Part shown: positions 33,401 to 46,260 of the stretch, piece after piece | Position numbering within the stretch: the stretch's first letter is position 1 | Layout: each line of letters opens with the position of its first letter | Source: Raillietiella orientalis | Lineage: Eukaryota | Length of the DNA stretch: 64,000 bases | Direction: 5' to 3' | NCBI GenBank assembly: GCA_036172245.1 | Contig: JAYWIR010000015.1 | Span: 2,480,001-2,544,000 of the forward strand | Program-made: the position numbers and the translations under genes | The notes under the pieces: model-generated | What the model was told of the DNA's origin: nothing | Databases searched by the model: none | The model's input: the letters and a program-made list of their open reading frames with translations, nothing else

Positions 33401-36240
33401 AGGAAGGGACGAGGGTGAGAAGGGAATCCTCACTCCCGTCTCCCGTGCTCGCAGTCCCCCATGACAGAGAGACTCACGGAGCCTCAGGTGCGTGCGAAGG
33501 AGCAGGTGGTAATACCTGGGAAGCCCCTCCCTCCCTACGCTTGCGACCACCCTCGAAGATCGTTCCTGAATATCTCCTTTAGAGTCCTCCAAGGGAACGC
33601 TCCTATCCCTTCTATGTCCTTCTCGTCGGATGGGATCAAAGGACTGAGATCAACGATAGCGACAGCAGCAGCAGAGGAAGAGGAGGAACAGGAAGGGAAG
33701 GCGGAGGAAGAGGAAGGGAAGGTGACCCACCCGACCGTGAAGAAGGAGCGGGAGGAAGAGATGGGGCAACTGCTCACCTGTCGGAAAGGTAGCCGCACAG
33801 CAGAGAGCCGCACATGTCGCCCACCATGTGCAAGGATAGGGCAAAGGCCTTCATCCAGATCCTGTCGCACAGCAGTGACCACTGGAAGCAGAGACACCAG
33901 TCAGAACGAGCGAGGAAGAGAAGCGAGTAGAAAGGGGAATGATGGAGAGGAGGGATGGGGGAGTTGGCTCCACGCGTTGCAGAGAGGCGGGACAAGAGGA
34001 GAGAGAATAAGACAGGGTGCAGGTAGAGGGGAAGAAGGACAAGTCGTCCTGCTTCCTGCCTCTGCCCCAGATCCAGAATCTTCCTGCCTTGGCGCCTTCT
34101 CCTGGCAGGAAAGGGAACCTGGCCCACTTTACGCATGACCGAGCAGACCAGCCTTTTGGGGGTCAGCCCTCACCATCCATCCTCCTCCCTACTTCGCCAC
34201 GGACCAAGAACAACCAGCATCCCGCGCACACAGGGCAGGGGCGAAAGGGAATAGGAGGAGTAGTAGTAAAAGGAAGATAGGCAGGAGTAGCAGCAGCTGC
34301 CGGTAGCTCCGCGGCGCAGGAAACCATACCAGGCAAGAAGGGCAGCAAGGGCTCGGCAGGTGGGTGGTCACTTCCGGGGCGAAGTGAAACTGAAGGACTG
34401 GAAGGAGGTGACAGAGCGCTCCTGCGATTCGCGCTTGAATAATAGGATGTGTGGGGTGGGTGGAGGTGGGTAGAAGTATCGACAGCGCGGACTCGCGCAA
34501 GAACCGCCCCGCCAGGCAGGAGTGCTGATCAGCAGTTCATGCCCGACCCCGCGAGGAAAGCAAAGCTCCTCCCCACGCGCCTACTGTTGCAGACGGGCGC
34601 GTGTAGACTCGTCGGCCTTACGGTGATCACGATGGACGACTTGTATGTGGAGCCGTCAAAGACGTAGCCGTCGCATCGTTCCGTGTAGCCCTCGTTCCGG
34701 AACCTCCGGCACTGCATCCACTTGTTGTTGGCTTCATCCCATGGGATAGACGAGTTGATCAGCGGATGGGAGGCGAATCCCTCGAGAAGCAGGTCGTTGC
34801 TGGTTTCGTTTGTCAGAGCGCACCTAAAGAGACGGAGAAGAAGGAGGAGAAGAGATGCGCGCGCATGTGCAAGGTTCGAATAGAACCGGCTTCCCGTGCG
34901 CGCACGAGTCCACGACGTCAAGATCGCGAACAAAAGGTCTCCGTCAGTAGGAGGAAATACACCAAATACGCGCGCACGTAAGCCGACAAGCAAGTGGGAA
35001 AGGATGCATCAGTGCAGAGTGCGCATGATTCCCGTTTGACATAGAGTAGTGGTCTGGAGTTATCCAGGAGTCTCATCAGCTGAAAGGTTCCCTCTCTACT
35101 CCCACTTTTTCTTTTTCGAAGGCCCGTCATTCTCTTTCACGGTCGCTGGCATCCCTCGGTCCACTGAGTGCGCATCTCGCATCTGCGTCCAGGAAAGAGA
35201 TTCTTGTTCCTGTACTCGAGATGCGATGCTTTTAACCTATCTCCCTCCTTATCTTCCCATCTGCCTTTCCTCCCTTCAGGTGAGACGACGGGGACGAGGA
35301 AGTATCCGAACGTTTCCTTCAGGCTTCACAGAAGGAAGACAGAAATCTGAGGCTCCTTCTGATACATAGTGATTCCCACTACCTCGTCTTTTCATCCCCG
35401 TTCTTCCTTCTACCTCTCCCGCCCATTTATCGGCTTTTGAACAGAGAGCCTCTCGCTCAAGTCCTCGCGTGCCATCTCGTGAGAAGCCTGCGAAGCAAAG
35501 GGTGCCGCTCTCCCCTCCCAAGATGAGCGGCTGACAATGACGACCAGGAGGAAGCGGCAAAAAAGTGAGGGGGGCTGAAGGAGAAGGACCGAATTACCCT
35601 TGATTACCCCTTTCCGGAAGTGCATGTGTCTTTCCGAATCCTCTTTAGGGGATTTCTGATGACAGTGCGCCAGCATGAGAGCTTTTTGCCTCGATCCTTT
35701 GACCACTTTTGCTCCAGAGCTCGCCTCCGGGAGGGCGTGGACCTCTCCGGAGATTCAATCAAGGAGAGGAGGTTATTTTCTCTCTCAAAGGAACGAGTCT
35801 GAAAGCGCTTCCTCTGACCGTGTGCTCGCGTGAACGGGCGCATCCCTACGGCGGCTTTGTCGAGCTCGCGGGTCCCTCCTCTCTGCCCTCTGCCTTTGCC
35901 CTGTCGGGGGAAGCGAACCTCTCATCGGCTCCATCCCTTCTCTACTCATTCATCTTCTTTAGGGGGCCTCGACCGTGCACGTTCTCCCTCCCCCCCTTTA
36001 CTAGCAGCCAACCCTGCGCTCCTTCTCGGACTCGTTCCGAAAACCGGGATCCCATTCCTTCCCCCCCGGGCACCATTCCCGATCACTTTCGCACCTGTGC
36101 GGGATGGAAGGGGCGATGAAGACCCAGGAAAGCTTCATCAAGGCAGCCCACATGCACGGCAAGCAGAGGAGGAAGTATGTCTTCTTCTGGTACGGCCCAA
36201 AGTCTCCCAGGCTCTCGATGACGTCATCGAACTTGACCAT
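27453..36240 (-). CDS. SLC22-family organic cation transporter (Orct-like, MFS), ~528 aa, 10 coding exons
   Basis: Exons (minus) 36240-36095, 34823-34622, 33881-33778, 33005-32851, 32796-32628, 32502-32263, 30303-30218, 30150-30025, 28017-27836, 27629-27453. All introns are GT-AG; 1587 nt in frame. Signatures: FDDVIESLGDFGPYQK, Cys-rich first loop ending WSLLC, GYLSDRFGRK, ELVGPSWR, LPESTRWL, VYYGLS, WGRR, ELFPTVVRN, LPET..KLPETIEDVE. An acceptor near 36275 implies an upstream non-coding exon. Confidence 0.95.
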
Positions 36241-39200
36241 CGTTCCAGGACGGTGAGAAGGCGTTCCCGTTCACCTGTAGTGAGTAGCCGGAAGAAGGAG
36301 AATGAGAAGGAGGAATGAAAATGGGGGCGACAGGGAAGGGAGAGTACGTCTGTTAGGGATGCGGACACTCAGGAGGCACCGGAGGGACTGCGTCTTTGCT
36401 AGGGGTGCAGACGAAGAGTAAAAAAAAAAAGACTCGAAGGCTTCGGGGTGCAGACGGAGAGAACGCTCCGGAAGTTCAGCGGAGCTGCCCCGTGCTTTCT
36501 TTCGCTCTTTGAGGGAACGAGGGGTGCGGACCCTGGGTGCAAGTACCCGATTCCTCCCTTCTTTCCTCCTCAGCTTCCGGGGATCCTGTTCCTGTGGGTG
36601 GTGGGCACTCAGCCGATGCGCACGGAAGGGGGAGATCACGTTTCTTGGACCACGAGCACTCTGACCAACGGGGTTTTGCCTTTTCACTAGCATGCGCGTC
36701 CCTTCCATCTCCAGGCATTCTGGATATGGGAGCCCCCATTCGGAGATGGGGTGAATTCTAATCTCTATGAGGGAGGATGGGGTGGGAGAAGGAGATCTTT
36801 TCCTCCCCTTCTCTCCCAGCCCTCTTATCGAGCGGCGAGGTGACTTTGACGGCCAATAGGACGCGTAGGGTGAGCCTTTTCTTCTCGCTTTCCAGAGAGG
36901 AGGGCTCCCTCCTTTCTGAGACAGGAAAAACGGCTTCGAGTAGAAGCAGAGAAGGGATCTATGGGATGTCTCCCAAAATATTCTCCTGGGGTAGCCTCAG
37001 CCGCGAGGTTCTTTACCAGGAGGCAAGTTCAGAGGAAAGGAAGCTGCCCTCAACCCTAGGGGAGTTGGACGAACTCTTTCCAGGATGGAACATTCCCTTC
37101 CCGGTTCTCCTCCTCCCTTCTCTTCTCCCTTCACAGCGCAAACGGCTCCTCCCTCGGTGATTTCGAGATCTGGGAGCATGCGACAACACCATGGAAGTGC
37201 TTCTCGAGAGGAGGGAAGAGGGGTGAGGGTGAGAGGGGAAAAATCCGTGTGCTCCTCCCCGCCACTCATCGAATACCGGAGAGAGAGGTCAGTTCTCCCC
37301 TTGAGGCGAGGCGGCTGCGTCGCCGAGGAACGCTGCAACGCCTTCTTCCGTTTCTCCTCAGGGGGCAGCCGACTGTGGGGCAAGCGAGGGTATCCCCTGG
37401 ATTTTATTTCTCCCCTATCTCTTAGCCCCGGAGGACCCTATTCTCCAATAAAGCTGTTTTTCGCTTACTCCACTCTCTACCTCTACCCCGGGCACTGAGA
37501 GCTAAACAGATGCGGGAATCCACCGCTGATGCAGGACGCCAGAGAGTTGGATCACCGTCATCGCTTTCCATATGACCTCTACACGGGACGCCCGCCGACA
37601 TCCAGCCTTCTAAGTTCCTCCATCCACTCTATCGCGCCATCCTCGGTCCGACGAGCAGCTTCTCGCTCTCTCTTTTCTCAGGATGCCGGAGTATCCTGAG
37701 CGGCTCCCGATTGTTCTAGCAGCGTGGTTGAGAAGAACGGGCATCGCTGGTGCTCTTCGTGGGTGGATGCGCCAAGATCCTCTTTGCGGATGAGATGCCT
37801 AAGGACGGACGCGCCTGCAGCGAATCAACGGCAAGTGAAGATGCAAGAAGAGGGGAAAAGAGCAAGGCCGCAGCTCTCCAGAAAGTGCGGACCTTGTCCC
37901 AGATGGGGGAGCTCTGTCCTTCTTCCATCTTGCAGAAGGCTCCGCTTCCTGCATCCTCCACTTGCTCCTGCGAGTCAGAGATGCTCTCCGGGCAGATGCT
38001 GAGTCGAAACCACAAAGGCGTCCAGAGAATCCTCCGCGAGCTCTGACACAGATGACATGGCAGTCGGGCACTCCAGGGGATATTCTGGGAAGCTGAGCAG
38101 ACTGGCGGGGAGGTGCCTCCGGGGTCATGGTCCTACGCGAGACGAAGGGGAAGGGAGCGTTCCGAGGAGCCCCTGCTCCATTGCGTTCTGAAGAGGAGGA
38201 GGAGAGGAATTGAAGAGAGCGGAGACAAGACCCCGGGACCCCTCATCTTTACGAGGACGCAAAGGATAGGAGGAAGGTCACCACCGAGAACAGCCTGAGG
38301 ACCGAATCCATTCTTCTCCTCCTTAAGCGAGGACTTCCGCCTTCGGGGAAAGGCTCACGGAGCAACCTCCACGTGCTTTGGCATCATCTCGGCGGCGTCT
38401 CTGCCATGCCTCTCGCTGCACCCCCTCAATCAGAGACAGATCCGGCTTTGGCATCGGCAGCTCCAGTACCTCGGGTGTCTTTGTTGTCCATATGCATCCT
38501 AAGCAGGCTCGGAGGATGAGCTTGGTGCGTGATTAAAGAGATACCAAAGAGGCCAAACTCGACTCCTCGCTTTGTTTTGGAGAAGAGAGGAGAGAAAGAA
38601 GATTAAAAAAAATAGAGAGACTCTACTCAAAGACTTTGAGGTCAGAAGGATGGCGGAGGCAGTTCTCTCCCGGCGTTCCTCTTTTTAACGCATCCAATAT
38701 TTGTGGGAAAAGCGCACAGGGTCTCAAAGGGGCGGACGGGCGTACTCCACCGGCGGAAAGGGGGCGCGTCTGCACCGAAGAGGTAGCTGCTCCAGCCGGG
38801 ATCGGGCGGTCCACCACCATCACGAGGACCCCGACGCTTTCCACGAAGACTCACCGAGGAGATGGGGAGAATGGAGGAAAAGGGGAGCAGGAGAGCACCT
38901 TGATGGGGCGGTCTGAGAAACGTGGGGCTCCCCTCTCGTCGAAAGAGACTCGCGCCCCGGGAGCTCTGAAATGGGGATGAACGTTAGGGAGTTGGGCTGC
39001 CAACTGGTCCAGCAGTCTCCAGGAGAAGGGCGAGAGGAGGCGATGAGGATGGGAGCAGAAGCACTGGAACACGAGTGCACCTCGGGTGCGCCGAAACGCG
39101 AGCTTCCCCTCCCCCTCTCCCGTTTCTTCCCACCTTCATCGACCTTCGAATCTTCGTGCTGTCCGTTCCTTCCGAAGAGCGCTTCCGCTTAGCCCAGTCG

Positions 39201-39360
39201 CCCTTTTTGCCTCCTGCTCTCCCCTTCCCCTAGAGGGAAGATTCTTAACGAGAATGATTCCTCGCGTGCGGATTCACGGGCACAGACCTCCTCATTCACT
39301 GCGAGATGCAATCCGATTACCGTGGTAACCGGAATCTTGGGCGGCTGGCGTGGCCTTTCT

Positions 39361-39376
39361 GGGGGGGGGGGGGGGG
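39361..39376. repeat. G16 homopolymer
   Basis: Read directly; similar runs are C14 at 10355-10368 and C15 at 47025-47039. Confidence 0.9.
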
Positions 39377-41940
39377 AGAAGCAGCTACTCGGACAGGAGA
39401 GGAAGGAGTAGAGGGTCGGGAAGAGAGAAAACAGGCCATTGTTTCCCAGGGCAACTACCGAGCTGGCAGGCGCGCACACGCTGCACTAGAGAGGAGGCTA
39501 TCGGATGCTGCGAACAGAGGTCCTGCGCAGGGGGTATGCGAGGCAGAGATGACGCTGGGAGGCAGAACTATCGATCCGTCAATTTCCCAGAGCACATCGA
39601 AGGATCACTGCACCCACGAGGAGGACCCAGGGAAAGCTGCGGAAGGGAGCACTATTTCGGGATGAGCAATTAATCAAACTGAGCGCGTGGAGGCTTCTTG
39701 GGAAGATGTCGGATGAGATAAAGGAAACCCCCTTCCTCCTCCCCGAGAAATCTGACCTTGGCGCCCCGTGTCAGGTTTCGACGGGTCCATGGAGGACCAC
39801 GAGCGTTCGCAGATGTCGCCGCTGCGCCGGGAGACAGAACCCGCACCCTGCCGCCCGTTCCCGGAAGGGGGAGCTTCCGGGAAGCGCTCCTGGGGAAGAA
39901 AGGTGGGTGGAAGGGAGGTTCGACTCCGCAGGCAGAGGCAAGTCGATGAACCGAGGGCTGCAGGAGTGCTTGCTGTCCATCGGAGGCAGAGTTCTAGGGT
40001 GCTGCAGAGTCTCCCTGGTCCCTCCTCCTGGAGTAATGTTAGGTCCCTCCTCCTCTCCTTTCCTTCATCCATCGGGACACGATCCGTGCCGTTCACGAAG
40101 GAGGAGGAGGAGGAGTTCAGGAAACCCCTGCGTTACCGAAGTCCCGATAACACCGGATGCGGGCCAACGAATCAGCAGGGAGCAGAACCCCGGCACAATT
40201 CTGGCCTCCACATGATTTCAGGGCCTGCAGCATCAGAACGTAGAACAACTGGAATTGCAATGGGACAAATAGGAGAGCTCCTTGTTTACGAGTGAGGAAA
40301 GATTTCCGCATCCTGACAGCAAAATTACGCGAAACTCAGACGAAGAAGGTGAGAAGGCAGGGGGCTGGAGGTCCATCTCAGAAAGGAGGAGATCGTCGAG
40401 AACTTGAAGCCGCAATGCAAAAAAAACGCGCACGTCTCCTCCCAAGCAAGTAGCATCTCAACCAGGCAGCAGAATGCGGAGGATTCTTTCTTCACCTTCT
40501 CCCTCATTCCCGTCGGGATTCCTCTACCTCACCGCTTCCCCACCTGGAACTATCGACGAGAGCGTTTCAGATGGGGAGCAGCGTGACGACCATCAAGGGA
40601 CTGCTGGAGGAGTCCGAAGATTGGTACGCTGCGTGGGAAGCTGCAGAGGCAGCTGCCGGGGAACTGGCGAGTCAAAGGGAGAAATAAGTGACAAGCAGGC
40701 TCCCTCCGACAGTGGGGTACCAGGAGGCCCATTGTCCCCCCGAAGGCACCCTCGACGGCGTGAGCCCGGGTGAGGAAACGCCTTCGGAGCAAGAGGAGGT
40801 TGACAACCCTCCGGAGCACGCAATGCTCTCGGAAGGTCAAAGCTGACCAGCGCCATTGGATCTTCGAAGACCCAATCTCGTGCCTGCGTCTTCCGGTCGC
40901 CTCCTAATGATAAGGAAAAAGCGCCATTCCGAAGAAAGGGAAATTAGTAAAGAGGGCGTTGATGTGTGCGGGGGCAGCACGTCCCATCTGGGCTCTCTGG
41001 ACGGCTGGCAATCGGCGCTAGGGAGGGAGTAGAAGACAAGGACCGGGTCCTTTAGCCAATCAGGAGAAGGCTGCGAAGGCCTACGGATTTGTTTTTGGAG
41101 AAGGGAAAAAGAGGGAAGAGAGTTGCTCCCAGGATCAGCTGCCGGAATGGGTAGCCTGCAACGTCTGCGCCATGTCCGTCCATCCCCCTTCCTGCGGTCA
41201 CCTTGCGTAGGCAGGAAGGGCGTCGAAGAGCGCGGATACGCCGTCAACGTTCTCTTCGTCTTGAAGGGACAGAATGAGTGGCAGAGGGGCAGGAGAAGAG
41301 GAGGGAGCACGCGGAATGGAGCTCACGATGCTGGCGCGGAGCGTGACGTCAGCTTGTCATTCCCACTTTCCAGGGGTTGCGGTTCCTCTGGTGCCTCATC
41401 GATCAAGCACGCTAGGAAGGCTCTTTGGAAGAGCAGTGAACTCCCTAGAGCATCTGCAGTTCGTCGAGGTGAGAAGAGACGGAAGAGAGGGATGTTGGCT
41501 CCCTTCTCCCATCCCATCTACCCTCTTTCTCACAGATGCTCGCAGGCGTGCCATGCCCGCTGCTGATGGCCACCGCTACCCGCGTGAAGCAACTCGTAGG
41601 GAAGCGCTCTTGCAGCTGGACTCTAGGCAGAGGCAGCGGCGTTCCGCTGCGGAGCCTCTTCCCAGGTAAGGGGAACCGCGGGATAACAGCACAGAAGAGA
41701 GGAAGCAGGCGTCCGTTGAAGAGTCTCTCGTGTCTGTTTCTTTCCATTCTTCCGCAGGCTCTGATAAAAGGGGGGAGATGAAATAGGAAACGTTTCTCCT
41801 CTTTATTCCCAAACGAGAAACCCAGGAGAACGCAGTCTCCTCAAGGAAGCACAAGAAGATAGATGGAACAACGGGAACAGCTGCTTGATGTGTGGCAGAG
41901 GAAGCCGAAAAGGTCAGGAAATCCCTTTCACGGGAGTTGC

Positions 41941-42494
41941 CACCCGGTCACACCCGGGAGCTTATTATAAAACTCATCCATACATTCGTGGTAAAAGACC
42001 CCACTACGGCCAACACAACATCGGACCTGCCGGTACACAGACTGACGGGACTCACCTCGGCAGCGGAGGGGGCTGGGGAAAAAAAAAAAGAAAAATAAAA
42101 CAAAAAATAGACAAAAAAAAGGCTTTGGAGGGAAGGGAAGGGATCAATGCCCTCTAGAGGCGGGGTCCATCCTGTTGGGGATCCTGGCCAGTTCCTTCCG
42201 AATATCTTCCCTCCCCAATTCCTCCTTCCTGTTTTGGGTGGGCGGTTCCCTAGATCTACTCTGGGTATAAGCTGTTTCCTTGAAATCAGCGCTCGACTCG
42301 CATAAATGGGGCTGGTCTCCTGGTTCCACCCCCCAAGGAGAGAAGCTCAAATTTTCTGGACTCTCCTTCAAATCGGAGTTCCCCAACCTGCCATCAAGCT
42401 CCGAGTGGGAGGGGAACAGCAGCACGTATGGAATGGGAGCACACTAGACGGCACGCGGACTCGACCCCTCCTTGCCGTCTCTCTTGGTCACAAG
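41941..42494 (-). mobile_element. 5'-truncated, decayed Tx1/L1-like LINE 3' end (copy 1)
   Basis: ORF2 C-terminus IRKELARIPNRM resembles the other copies (IRTELGSILNRM). T-rich 3' UTR; terminal motif AATAAGCTCCCGGGTGTGACCGGGTG. Possible decayed TSD 41921-41936 vs 42495-42510 (13/16). Confidence 0.55.
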
Positions 42495-44539
42495 ATACCT
42501 TTCACGAGGGATCACGTGATCCTTCCTCACGGAGCGCGTGACTTTCTCTGCGTCTCCTCGAGGATCGTCCGCTCCGTGTGAGCCCCTCCCTGCCGGAAGG
42601 AGACGTCCGGAACTGATGCTGTGCCGCGGAGGCTGACGGGAAGGTTTCTTGTCCGGGTCTGGCGCTCTCGGAGATTCAGCAGCAGCAGTGGGGCAGGTCA
42701 TGTGCCCTTTTTCTCCCTGATAACAGTAGGAAGCGAATAACCAGGGAGAGGAGTGAAGGGAGAAGAAAGCAAAGGTTCCCAGTGGAACCTCCGCTCCCCT
42801 GACAATCCGAACCGCGCACCCTCAAGTACGAGAGTGTTCGGAACGACCGAAGGTATAGGGCGGGGAGCTCAGGAAGCGGATGCTGTATCCAAGCGTCCGT
42901 CTTTGAGCGTGCGGCGGTGGGAATCTTCGAGGCCTGCAGAAGGTGCTCTTGCTTCTCCTTGCAGGTGCGAAAAACGAAGCGGGTTCGAGACGCCCTTAGG
43001 CGGAAGGAGAGACTTGCAAGCTTGCAACGCGCCACTCAATCTCTGGCTCGAGAGACCTCCAAAGGGAATTTTCTAAGTGGATCGATGGAGGAAGCGCTGA
43101 ATTCCTTCAAGACTCCGATACGTAGACCGGAGTGTACAGATCCGCATCCCTGCTCTTCCGTATGCCTCTTTCCTGCTTTTCTTCACCCGAGGTCATCCTT
43201 CTATCCCGGCGGATTGTTCCGCTTCACATCTCTGCCTCAGCAAGGAGACTCTTGCCGGAGAGATGGCTGTTGGATGGACGGGGGGCATCTGAAAACCACG
43301 AGAAGAGAAAGAAAACTCAGGTGACAGAAGAAAGCATAGGAATTTTTTCGCCAAGCTCCGCCAAATTCATGTACCAGTTCTAAGAAAGGGAACGAGGAGC
43401 AAACCGAAGGAAAGAAGGATGTGAGGTGGGGTCGAGCTTCCGATGTCAGCGCTCCTAGACAAAAGGTTTCCAGAGGATTCTTTCGGTTCTTCCTGGTGAT
43501 TTGAGTTGCTTCCGATGTGGAGCATGGTCTTCGATGCGGCCACCTTGACTTGCCCGAGATGTTCTCGGAAACGGAATTCCCTCCTTGCAGGAAGTCCCAA
43601 ATCCCGGATGTTTTTGCCGTATTTTCCTTCATAGAAGGGGCTCTAGAGAAAGCTGGGACGGACGGGATTCACCAGGAAGAATGCCGAGGAAGAGTCGCCG
43701 AGATGTGCAGAATCCGAGACCACGTGGTACAGCAGCTGGCTCTACGTGACGCGTCGCCATCAGCGGAGTCAGCGGTTGAGGGGAGGTCAATTACTGCCCT
43801 CTCGGATTGAGTTCTCGTGGGTGCGCAGGAGAGCGAAGTCCTCGTCCCCTTCGCGCGTCATTCTCATGAGGGATGCAGCAGGAATCGTATCAAGGCAGCA
43901 TTTTCACAACTGGAGGGAAACTCTGAAGGAAACTGACCCCTCGATTCCCGGAAGGATTCCGGAGGGTCTGTTCCCAAATTCCAATCACTCATCGAGGGCA
44001 TCCAGTTTCCAGCTTCCAGCTTTCACCAGTTCCGCCCCCTCCTCTGCCCTCTGCTTTTTGTTTGTCCCCCTCCATGTAGCATCATATAGTGGACGAGGGA
44101 CCTTCTCCGGATCGCCTTTTGGATCAAAGGGAGTCTCCGAGTCCGCTTGAAGGACTTGCTCTCCGCGCCGGGACGGCGTCCTAGGTCCCTCCTGAAGCTG
44201 GAGCGAATGGAGCTGCAGCTCCAGTTTCAAACACTGGCCCTCGTGGCACGTTGTGGAGCACCATCTGGCGCCAACCTGCACGTCTTCTCGTCCGGAAAGT
44301 CACCGGCAGAGTGGGACTCGCGTCCTTTCTTGCGCGCCGTCTACGCAGTCTCATCTACGGCGGATTGCACCTTCGGCAGGTGGCTACGCTGGCCAGGAAA
44401 AGCGGATGGATCTTGTGCCGTCCTGAGAACGGCACTTTCTGGTTGCAGGAAACTGTTGACACTTGGGCAAGAATCCAGGAGCTAAGCGCGGATCAGGTGC
44501 GACGTTTCCTGTGAGCGTGCAACAACTGCACGCTCTGGA

Positions 44540-45515
44540 AGATCCTGGAAGATCCCACGAAGAGTGAGTGGGCGAGCAAAACTTCCCTCTCCGCAGTGCT
44601 GCCTTCCCTCAGGGAACATATGGGCAACAGTTTTGCATCTAGATGGGAGGTCAGTGTAGAAATATCTACCAGGAAGAAAGGACTTGCTGAGTGGACAACA
44701 TACCCTACGATCCCGAGTGTCCTCCCTCGAGGACTGTTGCACTGGGGCGGGCTATTGGGACTTCCGGAGGAAGATTTGCAGTGATCTTCGGTGCTCATGA
44801 ACACCCGCTTCCTCCCCTTAAAGTGGCAGAAGTCCGCATTGATACTGTTGCACTAGGGTCTCCCGAGCAACGCCCGTCGGCATCACTGGACACGGAGGTG
44901 TGTGTGGAGCCAAATTGTGCAAGGTGCGAGGAGCGGGATCTCTCTCTTACCTTCTAGTAGACTGCGTTGACCTCTGGCACCTTTGGGGACGCTTTGCCGC
45001 GACCCTTGAAACCCCCCAGCGGCAATGCCAGAGACGTTTGAAAGCGCCTATTCCTGCGCGACGGCCTCTCGCCAGCCGCATCCCCAGCAGCAGTGTGCTG
45101 CCCACGCGGCATGATCGTGGCTGCATGGAGCAGCAACGCCAGAGGAGGCCAGAACTACAGGGACGCCACCTATTTTGCTGTCCTCTTCATGAGGACAGTC
45201 AGGATGGCCCCATCTGGGAGTCTTGAAACAGAAAATTGCCGGCATCGTTACAAGGATGCAGAGTACGCCCTCCAAAACACAGTGATCCCTTCTTGAGCCT
45301 CCCCATCCTATTTTTTGACTGTATATTTTTCGCTATATTTTTTTCTTTTTGTTTGTCTCCCCTTCCCCTGTGATGCCGAGGCGAACCCCGTTTGCCTTCG
45401 TGACAGTTCCCTGCAGATTCTTTCTCGTATTTATAAGTAAGTGGCAGGATCAAACGTCCTGCCACAGACATGTATGTTTATTTTTTATAAATAAACGCCC
45501 CAGAGTGACCGGATG
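44540..45515 (+). mobile_element. 5'-truncated, decayed Tx1/L1-like LINE 3' end (copy 2)
   Basis: Frameshifted PSVLPRGLLHWGGLLGLPEED, PNCARCEE..LLVDCVDLWHLWGRFAATL (zf-RVT-like) and CCPRGMIVAAWSSNARGGQN match copies 4 and 5. Ends AATAAACGCCCCAGAGTGACCGGATG. The 5' boundary is approximate. Confidence 0.7.
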
Positions 45516-45979
45516 TCAACCAGTGCCGCACCCAAATGTCAGCCAATCAGAGCCATCCTGCGTGGGTCACTTGAAACGCACGACACATACCCCGTTCTCG
45601 GGGTCGATCCTCCATGTGGGGATTCGACCCACAATTCTCGGCACCGTGCACGGAGACCGCAAGCCACACGGCTGCCAAAGCGGCCATGAGACAACATTCC
45701 AGGTCACTCGTTGCATCCTGCTGGAGATCAAATCTTAGCCTCACGGCATTTTAACTGATATGATAGTTTGGGGATGAAGATTATTGTTGATAGTTTTTGT
45801 TCAGATGCGTCCGGACTGAGCACGCGCCGCCTAGTGGCACGTTTAAGAAGCTCCGCGTCTGCAAAGGATAGGTCAGAAACTTCAGCATCAAAAAGTCGAG
45901 GGGCGCATTCGGGAGGAGTGCAATCTGCACAGACAGTGAATCCTGAGAATCAGCTTGTCTCCGGCATCGTGAGGGAGCG

Positions 45980-46260
45980 AAGAAGTGCCGTGAGGGGAGT
46001 CCGATCTCCATTCCCCGGCCTCCACCGGGAAACTTGGGCAGTGCCTCATTGCTTGCAGTCTCGGGATCCGAGCGAGAGCCGGAGCCTGGAAGAATAAAGA
46101 GACGGAACCTCGGATGTGAAGACAGGGACACGCGCAGCATATCTGCAGCGCTGTAGAGACAGTGGGGAAATCGGAAGTTCCCTGAAGGGATGTCTGCCTG
46201 ACCATCCGTTACATCCATGCGGCTCTCGGATAGCGGGTTCCTCGCCTGGCTTTTGCTCGA
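45980..46260 (+). mobile_element. Possible decayed LINE ORF1 (RRM-type) remnant
   Basis: VRGVRSPFP...DGTSDVKTGTRAAYLQR resembles the 'V.TGTR' segment of Tx1-type ORF1; contains stops; weak. Confidence 0.25.

Noticed and set aside
39917..39927. B-box-like GGTTCGACTCC (tRNA/SINE)
   Set aside because: No A-box or cloverleaf around it.
36300..41900. Many overlapping 60-175 aa ORFs, including a CRRC/knuckle-like hint near 39770-39850
   Set aside because: Expected in GC-rich DNA; no consistent domain, codon pattern or exon chain.
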